DNA from: Dehalococcoidia bacterium
GTDB lineage: Bacteria; Chloroflexota; Dehalococcoidia; Lucifugimonadales; QGNO01
Length of the DNA: 64,000 nt
Assembly: GCA_965248955.1 (NCBI GenBank)
Contig: OZ252212.1
Coordinates: forward strand, 1,536,482-1,600,481
Direction: 5' to 3'
Part shown: one piece after another, positions 10,259 to 19,420 of the stretch
Layout of the letters: every line of letters begins with the position of its first letter
Numbering within the stretch: the stretch's first letter is position 1
Notes under the pieces: model-generated
What the model was told of the DNA's origin: nothing
The model's database searches: none
What the model saw: the letters and a program-made list of their open reading frames with translations, nothing else
Program-made: the position numbers and the translations under genes

Positions 10259-10478
10259 TAGTTGAGTATAGCACTAGGAAGAAAGCCAAGCTAAGGGCGC
10301 CAGCCGAGCCGCGTGGGCGGATATGCGGCGGATTATGTTGCAGAACTAATTGCGCGTAATCCCTTTGCGATTCTGTCAGGTGGCATTCCATGCACCTGTA
10401 GAGGTGTCCCTTTGCCGAGTCTGATTTCATGTATCGCATGGGACCTTTGCCTAAGCACGTCGGCACGCCGTCCTCTGG

Positions 10479-10507
10479 TTGAATACCGTCGAAAGTGGAG
10501 TTACAAT
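10479..10507 (+). promoter_or_regulatory. sigma70-type promoter TTGAAT-N17-TACAAT
   Basis: Hexamers at 10479-84 and 10502-07 with a 17-nt spacer. Confidence 0.6.
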
Positions 10508-10543
10508 GTTGTACGCTATGAGGAGACGGAACCTCCGATTGGC

Positions 10544-10587
10544 TGGGGCTAAGTAGTTACCACCTACTTAGCCCCATCTTATTTTTG
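10544..10587 (+). terminator. intrinsic terminator
   Basis: 13-bp stem TGGGGCTAAGTAG/CTACTTAGCCCCA, 7-nt loop, T-rich tail. Confidence 0.75.
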
Positions 10588-10666
10588 TGCCTAGATTAAA
10601 CCTGAAGAGCGCACTTTAGGCAAGCAAAAGCAGGACTTTGCACTTCTCTCAATCTGGCAACCCGTA

Positions 10667-10695
10667 TTGACACACAACCCGTATGTGACTAAGGT
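10667..10695 (+). promoter_or_regulatory. proV promoter TTGACA-N17-TAAGGT with CCCGTAT boxes
   Basis: TTGACA 10667-72 and TAAGGT 10690-95. CAACCCGTAT direct repeat at 10658 and 10675. Confidence 0.65.
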
Positions 10696-10800
10696 TTAAC
10701 TTCATTCGTAATGCTAGTTGTCAGCTAGCGTTTCTTTTCTTGGACGGGACCCGTCCCCCGATAAATCCCCAAGCACAATAATCCAAGGAGGAGCTTCACA

Positions 10801-12075
10801 ATGAATGGTGACAACTCCGGAGAAGCTAGAATATCCGTTCGCGGCGCGTGGAAAATATTTGGACCGGATGCGGACTCTCTTATACATCAGGAATGGATAA
10901 GAGAGGCGTCCAGGAAAGAGGTGCAGGAGAAAACAGGGCATGTAATTGGCATCAAGGACGTGTCTTTTGATGTTGGCGTCGGAGAGGTTTTTGTAGTGAT
11001 GGGGCTTTCCGGTTCGGGGAAATCCACGCTGGTGCGGTGCCTCATTCGCCTGATTGAGCCTACCATTGGTGCAATTGCAATAGACGGTGAAGACATAACT
11101 CAATACAGCGATGAGCAGCTCATACGGTTGCGCCGTAAGCAAACCGGGATGATATTCCAGCATTATGGTCTGCTTCCCCATAGAAAGGTCCTTGACAATG
11201 TGGCCTACGGGCTGGAAGTCCAGGGGATTGGTAAAGAGGAACGGTACATGAAGGCGCATTCCACGTTGGAAATGGTGGGGCTGACAGGGTGGGACCAGTC
11301 CTATCCGGACGAGCTCAGCGGAGGGATGCAACAACGTGTGGGGATTGCACGCGCCCTGGTGTTGGAGCCGGAAATCTTGCTCATGGACGAGCCCTTCAGT
11401 GGGCTTGATCCCTTGATCCGTCGCGAGATGCAGGACGAATTGATTGCCCTTCAGGCCCAGGTACAAAAGACGATTGTCTTCATTACGCATGACCTTAACG
11501 AAGCGCTGAAGCTGGGCGACCGCATTGCCATAATGCGCGACGGCGAGATAATCCAGATAGGTACGCCGGAAGAGATAGTTACAATACCCGCGGACGCCTA
11601 CGTGACTGAGTTCGTTAAGGATATATCACCGGCCAAAGTGCTGAGCGCGAGCAGCATAATGCAGGATCCGGAGAGCGTTGTCTACGAGTGGCAAGGACCG
11701 CGTGTGGCGTTGCATACCATGCGCTCCAACGATGTGAACCACGCCTTTGTCTTGGGACGCAACCGCGAGTTCCGGGGCTTGGTAGACCTGGATGCGGCGA
11801 ACAGTGCGTTCAGAGGAGGCGTCGCTACGTTCAAGGATCTGGACGGTATGGATATGCCCAGTGTTACATCGGATACCCTGGTTGAGGACCTGGTGAACCT
11901 GGCGGCGGAATATGAGCATCCCATACCGGTTGTAGACGAGAAGGGAAGATTGCTGGGAGAAGTGCACCGCGCTGCCGTGCTGACTAGTATAGGTTCCGTG
12001 GTCACGGAGAACGGGGCTGAAGAAACGGACGAACAGCAGACCGCCGGAGCCACCAGCGAGGCGGAGCGGCCGTAA
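10801..12075 (+). CDS. proV: glycine betaine/proline ABC transporter ATP-binding subunit with CBS domains
   Basis: [37 protein letters not shown] and a C-terminal CBS pair. SD AGGAGG. Confidence 0.93.
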   Translation: MNGDNSGEARISVRGAWKIFGPDADSLIHQEWIREASRKEVQEKTGHVIGIKDVSFDVGVGEVFVVMGLSGSGKSTLVRCLIRLIEPTIGAIAIDGEDITQYSDEQLIRLRRKQTGMIFQHYGLLPHRKVLDNVAYGLEVQGIGKEERYMKAHSTLEMVGLTGWDQSYPDELSGGMQQRVGIARALVLEPEILLMDEPFSGLDPLIRREMQDELIALQAQVQKTIVFITHDLNEALKLGDRIAIMRDGEIIQIGTPEEIVTIPADAYVTEFVKDISPAKVLSASSIMQDPESVVYEWQGPRVALHTMRSNDVNHAFVLGRNREFRGLVDLDAANSAFRGGVATFKDLDGMDMPSVTSDTLVEDLVNLAAEYEHPIPVVDEKGRLLGEVHRAAVLTSIGSVVTENGAEETDEQQTAGATSEAERP

Positions 12076-12089
12076 GAGCAACGGGAGAT

Positions 12090-12151
12090 ATCTAGTTCAT
12101 CAAAGTAAAAGGCGGGCTGGCCAGCCCGCCTTTTACTTTGATGAACTAGAT
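12090..12151. terminator. 62-bp perfect palindrome, probable bidirectional terminator
   Basis: ATCTAGTTCATCAAAGTAAAAGGCGGGCTGG is followed immediately by its exact reverse complement, between convergent genes. Confidence 0.75.
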
Positions 12152-12159
12152 CTGACGTA

Positions 12160-13203
12160 CTAGCTCATTTCCGCCAGCGCTTCTTTGACTTTGTCCGCGT
12201 TTTCACTTGGCATCCAGCTGGTCCATCTGTCCTCGTAGGTTTGCAGGTAGTAGATAGCGGCTTTCTCCCAGTCGCCCTGGATGTCGTTGTCTATAGCCCA
12301 AGCCGCCGTCACGTTGATGGGTTGTAGCCCCACGTTCATCTTACGGAGCATCTCGACAACATCGGGGGCCAGGTCCTCGAGGCTGCTATGGATGCCCTTG
12401 TCAACAGGCAGGGTCTCATAGGCGCAAGCCTCGGCGGGTGTGTAGGTAGCGTCATCGCGCCCTTTGATGACCTCTTCCCAGCACGATTCCGTGTATTGGG
12501 GCTCTTCCAGGACCACCCAGTCGTACTTCCCCATGAGAGAGGTGGGGGCCCAGTAGTAACCGAAAACAGGATCGCCCCTCTCCTGAGGTCCTGCTAGGCC
12601 GGCGTCCATGGCCGCTGAGGTGCCCGTGTCGATCATGTTGTAGTACTCGTCCAAGCCGTAAGCCGCGAACTTGGCGCGGTTGATCTCCGCGCATTGCCAG
12701 CCGATGATGCAGTTGATGAAGGCGCCCTTGGAGCGCTCCTCAGGATCGGGCAGGGCTGCGACCACTTCGGGCTTCTTCATGTCCTCGACGGACGTGATAC
12801 CGTACTCCTCTGCGAAGTACGTAGGCACGACGAAGAACTGTGGGCCGCCCTCGTAGGTCTCCCCTAGATTGATGACGTTGCCCGCCGCCGTCTCTTCGTT
12901 GTACCAGTCGATGAGGTTCTGTTGCCACAGCTCCATATTCAGATGAATCTCACCGGTGGCCAGTGTTGCCTGCATGATGACCGTCGACATCTCTATGGTC
13001 TCCACAGGATACTCGTAGCCGTTCTCCACAACGAATTTGACCAGCGCGTTGTTGATCCAATGCGACTCGAACTGCTGATCGCTCAGCTTGATAGTGGGTT
13101 TCTCTTCTTCAGATGAACATGCGGCGAAGAGGGGAAGCGCCAACAGGGCGACGGCTATCAAGAAAAGCTTAGCCTTCATTTCAAACAGTGGTTTCATAGT
13201 CAA
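12160..13203 (-). CDS. proX: glycine betaine ABC transporter substrate-binding lipoprotein
   Basis: Lipobox LFAAC, CIIGWQC, YYWAPT and an aromatic-cage-type SBP sequence. Adjacent to the permease. Confidence 0.85.
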   Translation of the reverse strand: MTMKPLFEMKAKLFLIAVALLALPLFAACSSEEEKPTIKLSDQQFESHWINNALVKFVVENGYEYPVETIEMSTVIMQATLATGEIHLNMELWQQNLIDWYNEETAAGNVINLGETYEGGPQFFVVPTYFAEEYGITSVEDMKKPEVVAALPDPEERSKGAFINCIIGWQCAEINRAKFAAYGLDEYYNMIDTGTSAAMDAGLAGPQERGDPVFGYYWAPTSLMGKYDWVVLEEPQYTESCWEEVIKGRDDATYTPAEACAYETLPVDKGIHSSLEDLAPDVVEMLRKMNVGLQPINVTAAWAIDNDIQGDWEKAAIYYLQTYEDRWTSWMPSENADKVKEALAEMS

Positions 13204-13235
13204 CTCCTTTAGCTATTTATAGTGCACAGGGAAGG

Positions 13236-14096
13236 TTAGGTAGATCTAGCCCTCCTTCCCCTTGCAAGCCCTTGTGTAATACGGTCGATGATGATGGCCA
13301 TGATGACGATGCCTAGTCCTCCTAGGAAACCTCGGCCCACCTCTAGCCGCGCGATGCCGTTCAACACCTCAATCCCCAGTCCCTTCGCTCCTATCATAGA
13401 GGCGATGACCACCATGGCCAAGGCCATCATGATGGTCTGATTGATTCCTGCCATGATAGTGGGAACAGCCATGGGAAGCTGGACCTTGACTAGTATCTGA
13501 CGCGAGGTGGAGCCAAAGGCCCGCGCTGCTTCTACTACTTCGGGGTCCACCTGTCGAATGCCCAGGTTGGTCAGTCGGATCAAGGGTGGAACAGCGTAGA
13601 TGAGGGTTGCCATGATTGCCGGGGTCTTCCCCAGCCCAAAGAGCATGATGGCCGGGACCAGATACACAAAGCTGGGCATGGTCTGCATGCCATCCAGGAT
13701 GGGCCTGATGATGACGTCAAATCGGTCGCTCTTAGCTCCCAGGATCCCAAGGGGCATGCCAATCCCGACAGCCAGCAAGGTGGCTGTGACGAGGATGGCT
13801 AAGGTCTGCATAGCAAAGTCTAGAAGCCCTAACACGCCCATCAAGAAAAGCAGCACCACGGCAACTGCCGCGATTTTTCGTCCAACAATCCTCCAAGCCA
13901 AAAGCGCGATAACTCCCATAACAAACCACCAGGGGAGCCATAGGAGAAACTTCTCCAAGGGTACCTGGATCGCCAGGACACCGGTATTGATGGCGCTGAA
14001 GATGGGGTCCCAGTTCTTGACGACCCAGCGTATAGAGGTATCAATCCACCGTTGGATGTCTGCGCGTATTACCCAGTTCTCTGGAAACTCAAACAT
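13236..14096 (-). CDS. proW: glycine betaine ABC transporter permease
   Basis: PILDGMQTMPSFVYL, EAARAFG and GINQTIMMALAMVV motifs. Confidence 0.92.
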   Translation of the reverse strand: MFEFPENWVIRADIQRWIDTSIRWVVKNWDPIFSAINTGVLAIQVPLEKFLLWLPWWFVMGVIALLAWRIVGRKIAAVAVVLLFLMGVLGLLDFAMQTLAILVTATLLAVGIGMPLGILGAKSDRFDVIIRPILDGMQTMPSFVYLVPAIMLFGLGKTPAIMATLIYAVPPLIRLTNLGIRQVDPEVVEAARAFGSTSRQILVKVQLPMAVPTIMAGINQTIMMALAMVVIASMIGAKGLGIEVLNGIARLEVGRGFLGGLGIVIMAIIIDRITQGLARGRRARST

Positions 14097-14304
14097 TGGT
14101 CTATAAAATTCCTCTCTATTTCGTGTCTATGGGACAAAGCAATAATGACCTAGGGAAACAATGGGGGAAACCTACGAGCGGGGGCGGATGATTGAAACGA
14201 CCGAAACCTTGAAGACGAGAAGAAATATTCCTTGTGGCTTGAGAATTAGCCTTTACTGTACCTCATAAACAGTATACCCCCCGTGTAATTCTTTGAACGG
14301 GCTA

Positions 14305-14333
14305 ACCTTATACGGGATACGGGCGCATGTCAA
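14305..14333 (-). promoter_or_regulatory. proWX promoter TTGACA-N17-TAAGGT with CCCGTAT boxes
   Basis: The minus strand reads TTGACA tgcgcccgtatcccgta TAAGGT. A further CCCGTAT lies at about 14350-14356. Confidence 0.65.
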
Positions 14334-14506
14334 ATTCTAAATTGCGTTTATACGGGCTGGGTCTAATCTTGACGGATAAAACTTTCACAAGTTTTTAAAC
14401 GGCGGGCTGTCCCGGCTTCGGCTATGTTGTAAACAGACCCCTGTGCAGCTAAAAGCTTCGGTATTTCTGGTAAGCTAAGCCTAGCTTAGCAACACCTGGA
14501 GAACCA

Positions 14507-15781
14507 GTGATCCAAGCTACACAAGTTAGGTTTTCTCGGCTGCCAACATTCGCTGCCTTACATCACCGGGACTACCGTTACCTATGGACAGGCAGCACCT
14601 TTGCCGGGATGGGCGTCTGGTCAATGATAGTTGCCAGGGGCTGGCTGGTGTTCAATCTGACTGAATCCTCGTCGCTGATGGTCGGGGTAGTCACGTTTGC
14701 CGCAATGATTCCACTCATCATTGCCGCGCCCTTGGGCGGACTGCTTGCCGACCGCTTTGACCGTCGGAAGATGATTGCTCTAGGCTACGGGGTCAATTTG
14801 TTGCAGGCGCTGCTGCTCACGGTCTTGATTGCCGTTGATGCCGTGCAGGTTTGGCAAGTGATAACTTTCGCCTTCATAAGCGGGTGTGTCAGGGCGATGA
14901 TCATGCCTAGCATGCAGGCTTTAATCCCCAATTTAGTACCGCGCAGGGATTTGCTCAACGCAGTAGCTCTTTCTGGCATTGCCATTCACGGCTCACGCAT
15001 TGGAGGGCCCGGCTTGGCCGCGCCGCTGCTGGCCACGGTTGGCGTGGGAGGCGCATTCCTGCTGAGCGTCTTCTTCTACGCCGCAGGAGCCTTCTTTGTC
15101 TTGCGGGTGAACACCATTTCTAGAGGTGAAGTACGTTCTGAACAAGGTATGGTACGCAACCTGACAGAGGGGCTTGTCTACGCGTATCGTCACGCCACCA
15201 TAGGACTGATGGTTCTCCTGGTGGCCCTGCACTGTTCGTTGACCATGTCCTTCGAATCAATGCTGCCGGTGTTTTCTCAGAGAGAACTGGGGGCCGGAGG
15301 ATCAGTATTCAGCGTGCTCATCATGGCCACCGGTGGCGGTGCTCTCATCGGGGTTCTCGTACTGGCCAGTCTGACGCGTAGTCGATGGACTGGCTGGTTT
15401 CTGCTGGCCACGGGACTGACCAGTGGGTTGACTCCCCTAGCCCTGGCCGCCTCCTCGACCCTGCCTCTGGCGTTCTTAGCAGCGGTCGGGATGGGGGCCT
15501 CTCAGGCGACCTTCATGGCCATCACCAATACCTTGGTGCAGAGCGGCGTGGAGGATCGCGTGCGGGGCCGCGTCTCCAGCATCTACACAATGCATGCCGG
15601 CGGCACAATGGCATTTGCCAACCTGGCCAACGGTTATCTGGCTGACCAGTGGAGCGCGCCTATCATCCTCACCATCACGGGATCCATGTTCATTGGCTTC
15701 TTGCTGTTGCTCAGTCTGTGGCGGTCTACCCTGCGGCAGGTGTACAGGAACGGCAGAGTGACTCCCGCTTACACCACTTGA
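14507..15781 (+). CDS. MFS transporter (MFS_3/H+ antiporter-like)
   Basis: FAALHHRDYRYLW, GLLADRFDRRK and RGRVSS motifs, about 12 TM helices. Confidence 0.88.
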   Translation: MIQATQVRFSRLPTFAALHHRDYRYLWTGSTFAGMGVWSMIVARGWLVFNLTESSSLMVGVVTFAAMIPLIIAAPLGGLLADRFDRRKMIALGYGVNLLQALLLTVLIAVDAVQVWQVITFAFISGCVRAMIMPSMQALIPNLVPRRDLLNAVALSGIAIHGSRIGGPGLAAPLLATVGVGGAFLLSVFFYAAGAFFVLRVNTISRGEVRSEQGMVRNLTEGLVYAYRHATIGLMVLLVALHCSLTMSFESMLPVFSQRELGAGGSVFSVLIMATGGGALIGVLVLASLTRSRWTGWFLLATGLTSGLTPLALAASSTLPLAFLAAVGMGASQATFMAITNTLVQSGVEDRVRGRVSSIYTMHAGGTMAFANLANGYLADQWSAPIILTITGSMFIGFLLLLSLWRSTLRQVYRNGRVTPAYTT

Positions 15782-15883
15782 GCTTGGCCGCTTGACCGGC
15801 CGGGCCATCGAAAAGGCGTGTTTGGGAATATCACGGACCGATTACCGCCTTTGCGTAATTGCGATATAATCATCAGGTTATTG

Positions 15884-15960
15884 CGGGGTGTAGCTCAGTT
15901 TGGCAGAGCGCTACGTTCGGGACGTAGAGGCCGGTGGTTCAAGTCCACTCACCCCGACCA
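15884..15960 (+). tRNA. tRNA-Pro(CGG)
   Basis: Cloverleaf with acceptor CGGGGTG/CACCCCG, anticodon arm CTACG-TT CGG GA-CGTAG, GGTTCAAGTCC and encoded CCA. Upstream TTACCG-N17-TATAAT. Confidence 0.97.
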
Positions 15961-16079
15961 ACACCCGTACTATTCAAGACGACTGCCGCCAAATGCATAC
16001 CGGCGGCGGCGACTGAGGCGGCGGCGGTGTTTCCCACAGGTGCATTCAGCGTCGTTGCGGCAGCGATTTTACGGAGGAG

Positions 16080-16613
16080 ATGATGAAATTGAAGGGCGAC
16101 CTGCACCTGGAGGATTTCATCCGCAACGTGCCGGATTTCCCTGAGAAGGGAATCCAATTCAAGGACATCACCCCGCTGCTGGGGAACCCTGGTGCCCTGG
16201 GAACGGCGGTGAAGGCGCTCAGCGGGCCTTTCAACGATGCAGGCGTCGACGTTGTGGTGGCAATAGAGGCGAGGGGCTACCTTTTGGGGGCTCCCGTGGC
16301 CATGGAGTTGGGCACGGGCCTTGTCCCGGTACGCAAGGTGGGCAAGCTGCCCTGGCACACTTACAGAGTCGATTACGCCCTGGAATACGGCTCGGCGACC
16401 CTGGAGATGCATCGCGATGCTTTGAAGGAAGGGGCGCGAGCCCTGGTAGTGGACGATGTTTTGGCCACCGGGGGCACCATCCAGGCCACGGCTGAACTGG
16501 TGGAGCGGTGCGGAGGCGTGGTGGCCGGTATGGCCGTGCTCATCGAGCTGGCTGCCCTGAGAGGCCGCGATAGGCTCACTGATTACGACCTGCATTCGCT
16601 GATTGTGTACTAA
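16080..16613 (+). CDS. apt: adenine phosphoribosyltransferase
   Basis: PDFPEKGIQFKDITPLL, EARG, RKVGKLP, LEYG and VDDVLATGGT motifs. Confidence 0.96.
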   Translation: MMKLKGDLHLEDFIRNVPDFPEKGIQFKDITPLLGNPGALGTAVKALSGPFNDAGVDVVVAIEARGYLLGAPVAMELGTGLVPVRKVGKLPWHTYRVDYALEYGSATLEMHRDALKEGARALVVDDVLATGGTIQATAELVERCGGVVAGMAVLIELAALRGRDRLTDYDLHSLIVY

Positions 16614-16633
16614 GGAATGAGAGGGGAGGCGTG

Positions 16634-16716
16634 GGGCGTCCCGTGGCCCAGCAGATGCTTCGTCGGCGGGAGTGGTTTTAGGGCAAACGGGGTCTAACCG
16701 ACTCTTCAGCATGACA
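16634..16716 (-). repeat. dispersed REP-like element, inverted copy of 2200-2284
   Basis: Reverse complement matches TGTCATGCTGA.GAGTCGGTTAGACCCCGTTTGC.CTAAAAC...CCGACGAAGCATCT...GGGACGCCC. Confidence 0.85.
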
Positions 16717-16740
16717 TCCCGCGCCACCCCGCCTGGATGC

Positions 16741-17774
16741 CCTAAACTCACAAACGAAGTGCAACACTTGGTTAAGGTGTTGTCATGGGAAAAAGATATG
16801 GACATGTCACCATTGAAGAGAGGTGTGAAATTGCCCGACTACAAGCCTCGGGATACTCGGTCAGCCAAATCGCGGCAAGTCTGGATCGCTCGCCATCGAC
16901 AGTTGCTCGGGAGCTGAAGCGCAATGGTTCAAAGACCCAGGGGTACCAGCCCAGGTATGCGGACCAGCAAGCCCATGCCCGGCGTTGGCGTGGTTCTCGA
17001 CTGGAGCGAGATGAGGCGCTGCGGGATAAGGTGCTCTCTGGACTCAAGCAGGGCTGGTCACCGGAGCAGGTGGCGGGACGGATGGCCATGGAGTCAGGGG
17101 ATACAGTCATCTCCCACGAGAGCATATATAGGTTCATCTACGGCCAGATTGCTCGTAAGAAGGACTACAGCTGGCGCCACTACCTGCCCCGAGCTAAGTC
17201 CAAGCGTGGTTGGAGAGGCCACAAAGGCGGCAGCGCTGCTTCCTTCATGGCTAAGCGTCGTCCCATCACCGAGCGCCCGCAGAGCGCTGCTGACCGCCGC
17301 ACTCCTGGTCACTGGGAGGCCGACCTAATGCTGTTCAGGGCCTATGGCCATGCCGTGCTTACCATGCACGAACGCCACTCCCGCATCCTCATAGCCCTGA
17401 GACCCCCTGGCAAGGCATCCGTCCCCATCGCCTCCGCCATGTCCCAAGTGTTGGGTCAGTTTCCCCCCGAATGGCGACGGACGGTCACCTTCGACAACGG
17501 GACCGAGTTCGCACTCCATTACCAACTCCACGATCTGGGTATAGAGACCTTTTTCTGCGATACTTACTCTCCCTGGCAGAAGGGTGGGGTAGAGAACGCC
17601 ATCGGTCGGCTGCGGCGGACCCTGCCCCGCAAAACGGACTTGGCAGCGTTGCCTCAAAAACGGTTTACGCAAATGATTCAGGCCTACAATAATACCCCCC
17701 GCAAGTGTCTCGATTATAGGACTCCGGCAGAGATATTTTTGGATAGAGTGTTGCACTTGAAATGTGAATCCACC
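16741..17774 (+). mobile_element. IS30-family insertion sequence
   Basis: Imperfect terminal IRs: ...CTCACAAACGAAGTGCAACAC (16741-67) and GTGTTGCACTTGAAATGTGAATCCACC (17748-74), flanking a transposase. Exact ends are uncertain by a few bp. Confidence 0.88.
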
Positions 17775-17795
17775 CTCCCGACTTCTCGGGAGTGA
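16785..17795 (+). CDS. IS30-family DDE transposase
   Basis: HTH (IAASLDRSPSTVARELKRN), WSPEQ, SHESIY, GHWEAD, TFDNGTEF and PWQKGGVEN motifs. Confidence 0.95.
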   Translation: MGKRYGHVTIEERCEIARLQASGYSVSQIAASLDRSPSTVARELKRNGSKTQGYQPRYADQQAHARRWRGSRLERDEALRDKVLSGLKQGWSPEQVAGRMAMESGDTVISHESIYRFIYGQIARKKDYSWRHYLPRAKSKRGWRGHKGGSAASFMAKRRPITERPQSAADRRTPGHWEADLMLFRAYGHAVLTMHERHSRILIALRPPGKASVPIASAMSQVLGQFPPEWRRTVTFDNGTEFALHYQLHDLGIETFFCDTYSPWQKGGVENAIGRLRRTLPRKTDLAALPQKRFTQMIQAYNNTPRKCLDYRTPAEIFLDRVLHLKCESTLPTSRE

Positions 17796-17810
17796 AGGAG
17801 AAGACGCAGA

Positions 17811-19190
17811 CTAGAACCAGTCGCGGTAGAAGACGTCGTAGGGAACAAAGTCGGGACGGGCTTTGTGGGGTATGGGGAGTTGCACAGGCCCATCCTGGCG
17901 CGAAGGCAGGTAGATGCAGGCGGTACCCGGTGTAGAGACCTCGCCAACTTGGTTCTTGCCCTCTAGTCGGATGCCCACGGCGTGGTACTCGCGCTTGCCT
18001 GGGACGCCGCCCGGGCCTTGCTCACCTTCCTGGACCTCTTTGAACTTCTTGACCACCTCACCCGTGTAGTAAGTGGTGTCGCTGTAGAATACGGGCTTCC
18101 TGATAGCGGTCTGCTGCCGCCGTACAAAGCCTTCGTCCCCCATCCAGTCGCTGAGGAGGCGGTGTGGTATCTGTGTTCTCTGCACACCGCCATCGAAGGG
18201 GCCGGGCAGAGCGCGGAAAGCCGCCATGAGTGGATCGGAGTGTTCGGCGGAGGCCGACCATGGCCAGCGGGTGGCGGGATGGGTTACGTGGTGGCCTTCA
18301 CCGCGCTTCTTGAATCGGTTGAATACAGGCTCAAAGGCCAGTTCGTCGCCGGGGTCGCCCTTGGCGATATGGAGCACGCAGGAGCCGACCATGTTGGGAG
18401 CCTCCAGGTCCTGGAGCGTCCAAGGGGGGACGACAACCGGGCCAAGCCTCTCGCCAACCTCTACGTCTTCCCAGTAGAGGGTCTCAGCACCGCGGCGGCT
18501 GGGGCGCATCCTTTCAATGTCTTCTACTATTGCCTGCAGGTCTTCCGCGGAATAGACCTGGGTGCCGCGTTCGTAGAGGAGCTGGGAGCCAACCTTGTCC
18601 ACGTTCATGGAGCGAGACGCTCCCATAGCCTCGATGGGGACCATGATCAGCGTTCCATAGCACTTGCCGGCTAGGTCGCCGTGATAGTCCCAGTACATCA
18701 GCTCCGATATGAAGAAGATGAGGTTGCCGCGCGAACCCTGCTTGGTGAAGAGGTCCCTGGTTACCATGGAGGAGCGAAACTTGGAGCCCACCTTGACCGT
18801 ATCGAAGAACTCCCAAGCAGCGCCGGAGAAGTAGTTGGCCACGGGATAACCTTCCCTGCGCTTCTTACCTTCACCGCCGTACTGTACGCCATGAGCGGTG
18901 ATTCCCCTTATCTGAGACAGTATGGGTCCCGGCGCAATTAGACAGCCGTAACGCGTGCCTCTGGCATACTCGGGGTCGTTGTACAGGGGATTGTCGTCAC
19001 CAATGGTGCGCATGTAGTTTTGGATGTTGCGCTGGTCGAAGCGAATGGGGTTTTCGTAGGGGGGGCCATCCTGCTCGTAAGGCGCGGGTGGCGCGGGGGG
19101 CATACTCTCCGCTGTCTCTTTGCCAACCAGGTCTCTGGATAGCTCTATGAACTCCTGGACCGCTTCTTCAAAGGTCTGGGTGGTAGCCAC
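17811..19190 (-). CDS. MaoC/hot-dog fold dehydratase-like protein (two hot-dog regions)
   Basis: IGDDNPLYNDPEYA..TRYG..IAP (MaoC N-terminal type), LYWEDVEVGE and LLSDWMGDEG motifs. Confidence 0.8.
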   Translation of the reverse strand: MATTQTFEEAVQEFIELSRDLVGKETAESMPPAPPAPYEQDGPPYENPIRFDQRNIQNYMRTIGDDNPLYNDPEYARGTRYGCLIAPGPILSQIRGITAHGVQYGGEGKKRREGYPVANYFSGAAWEFFDTVKVGSKFRSSMVTRDLFTKQGSRGNLIFFISELMYWDYHGDLAGKCYGTLIMVPIEAMGASRSMNVDKVGSQLLYERGTQVYSAEDLQAIVEDIERMRPSRRGAETLYWEDVEVGERLGPVVVPPWTLQDLEAPNMVGSCVLHIAKGDPGDELAFEPVFNRFKKRGEGHHVTHPATRWPWSASAEHSDPLMAAFRALPGPFDGGVQRTQIPHRLLSDWMGDEGFVRRQQTAIRKPVFYSDTTYYTGEVVKKFKEVQEGEQGPGGVPGKREYHAVGIRLEGKNQVGEVSTPGTACIYLPSRQDGPVQLPIPHKARPDFVPYDVFYRDWF

Positions 19191-19420
19191 GCTTCACCTC
19201 CGGGCTTCTGGCTTGCTCAGGGGGGATGATAGCAGACGTTGCATGCCCAGGACAACGCTAGGCGAGTCTGGCAAAATGCTCGGTGCTTTGATTATATGTT
19301 CCGGGAGGGTGAGGCCCGGGCTATAGAGGGCTATTATGAGGGGTAGGGAGAAGAAGCGAGTAACAAGGGAGCACCATTGCATTTGCCTCCAACGCAACAA
19401 GCATGCAGGGGGGGAGACCA

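Noticed and set aside
16000-16030. GGCGGCGGCG direct repeat between tRNA-Pro and apt
   Set aside because: Low-complexity GC trinucleotide run that is expected by chance.
15884-17795. tRNA-Pro as the integration site of an island
   Set aside because: No integrase and no duplicated tRNA 3' end were seen. The housekeeping gene apt follows directly.
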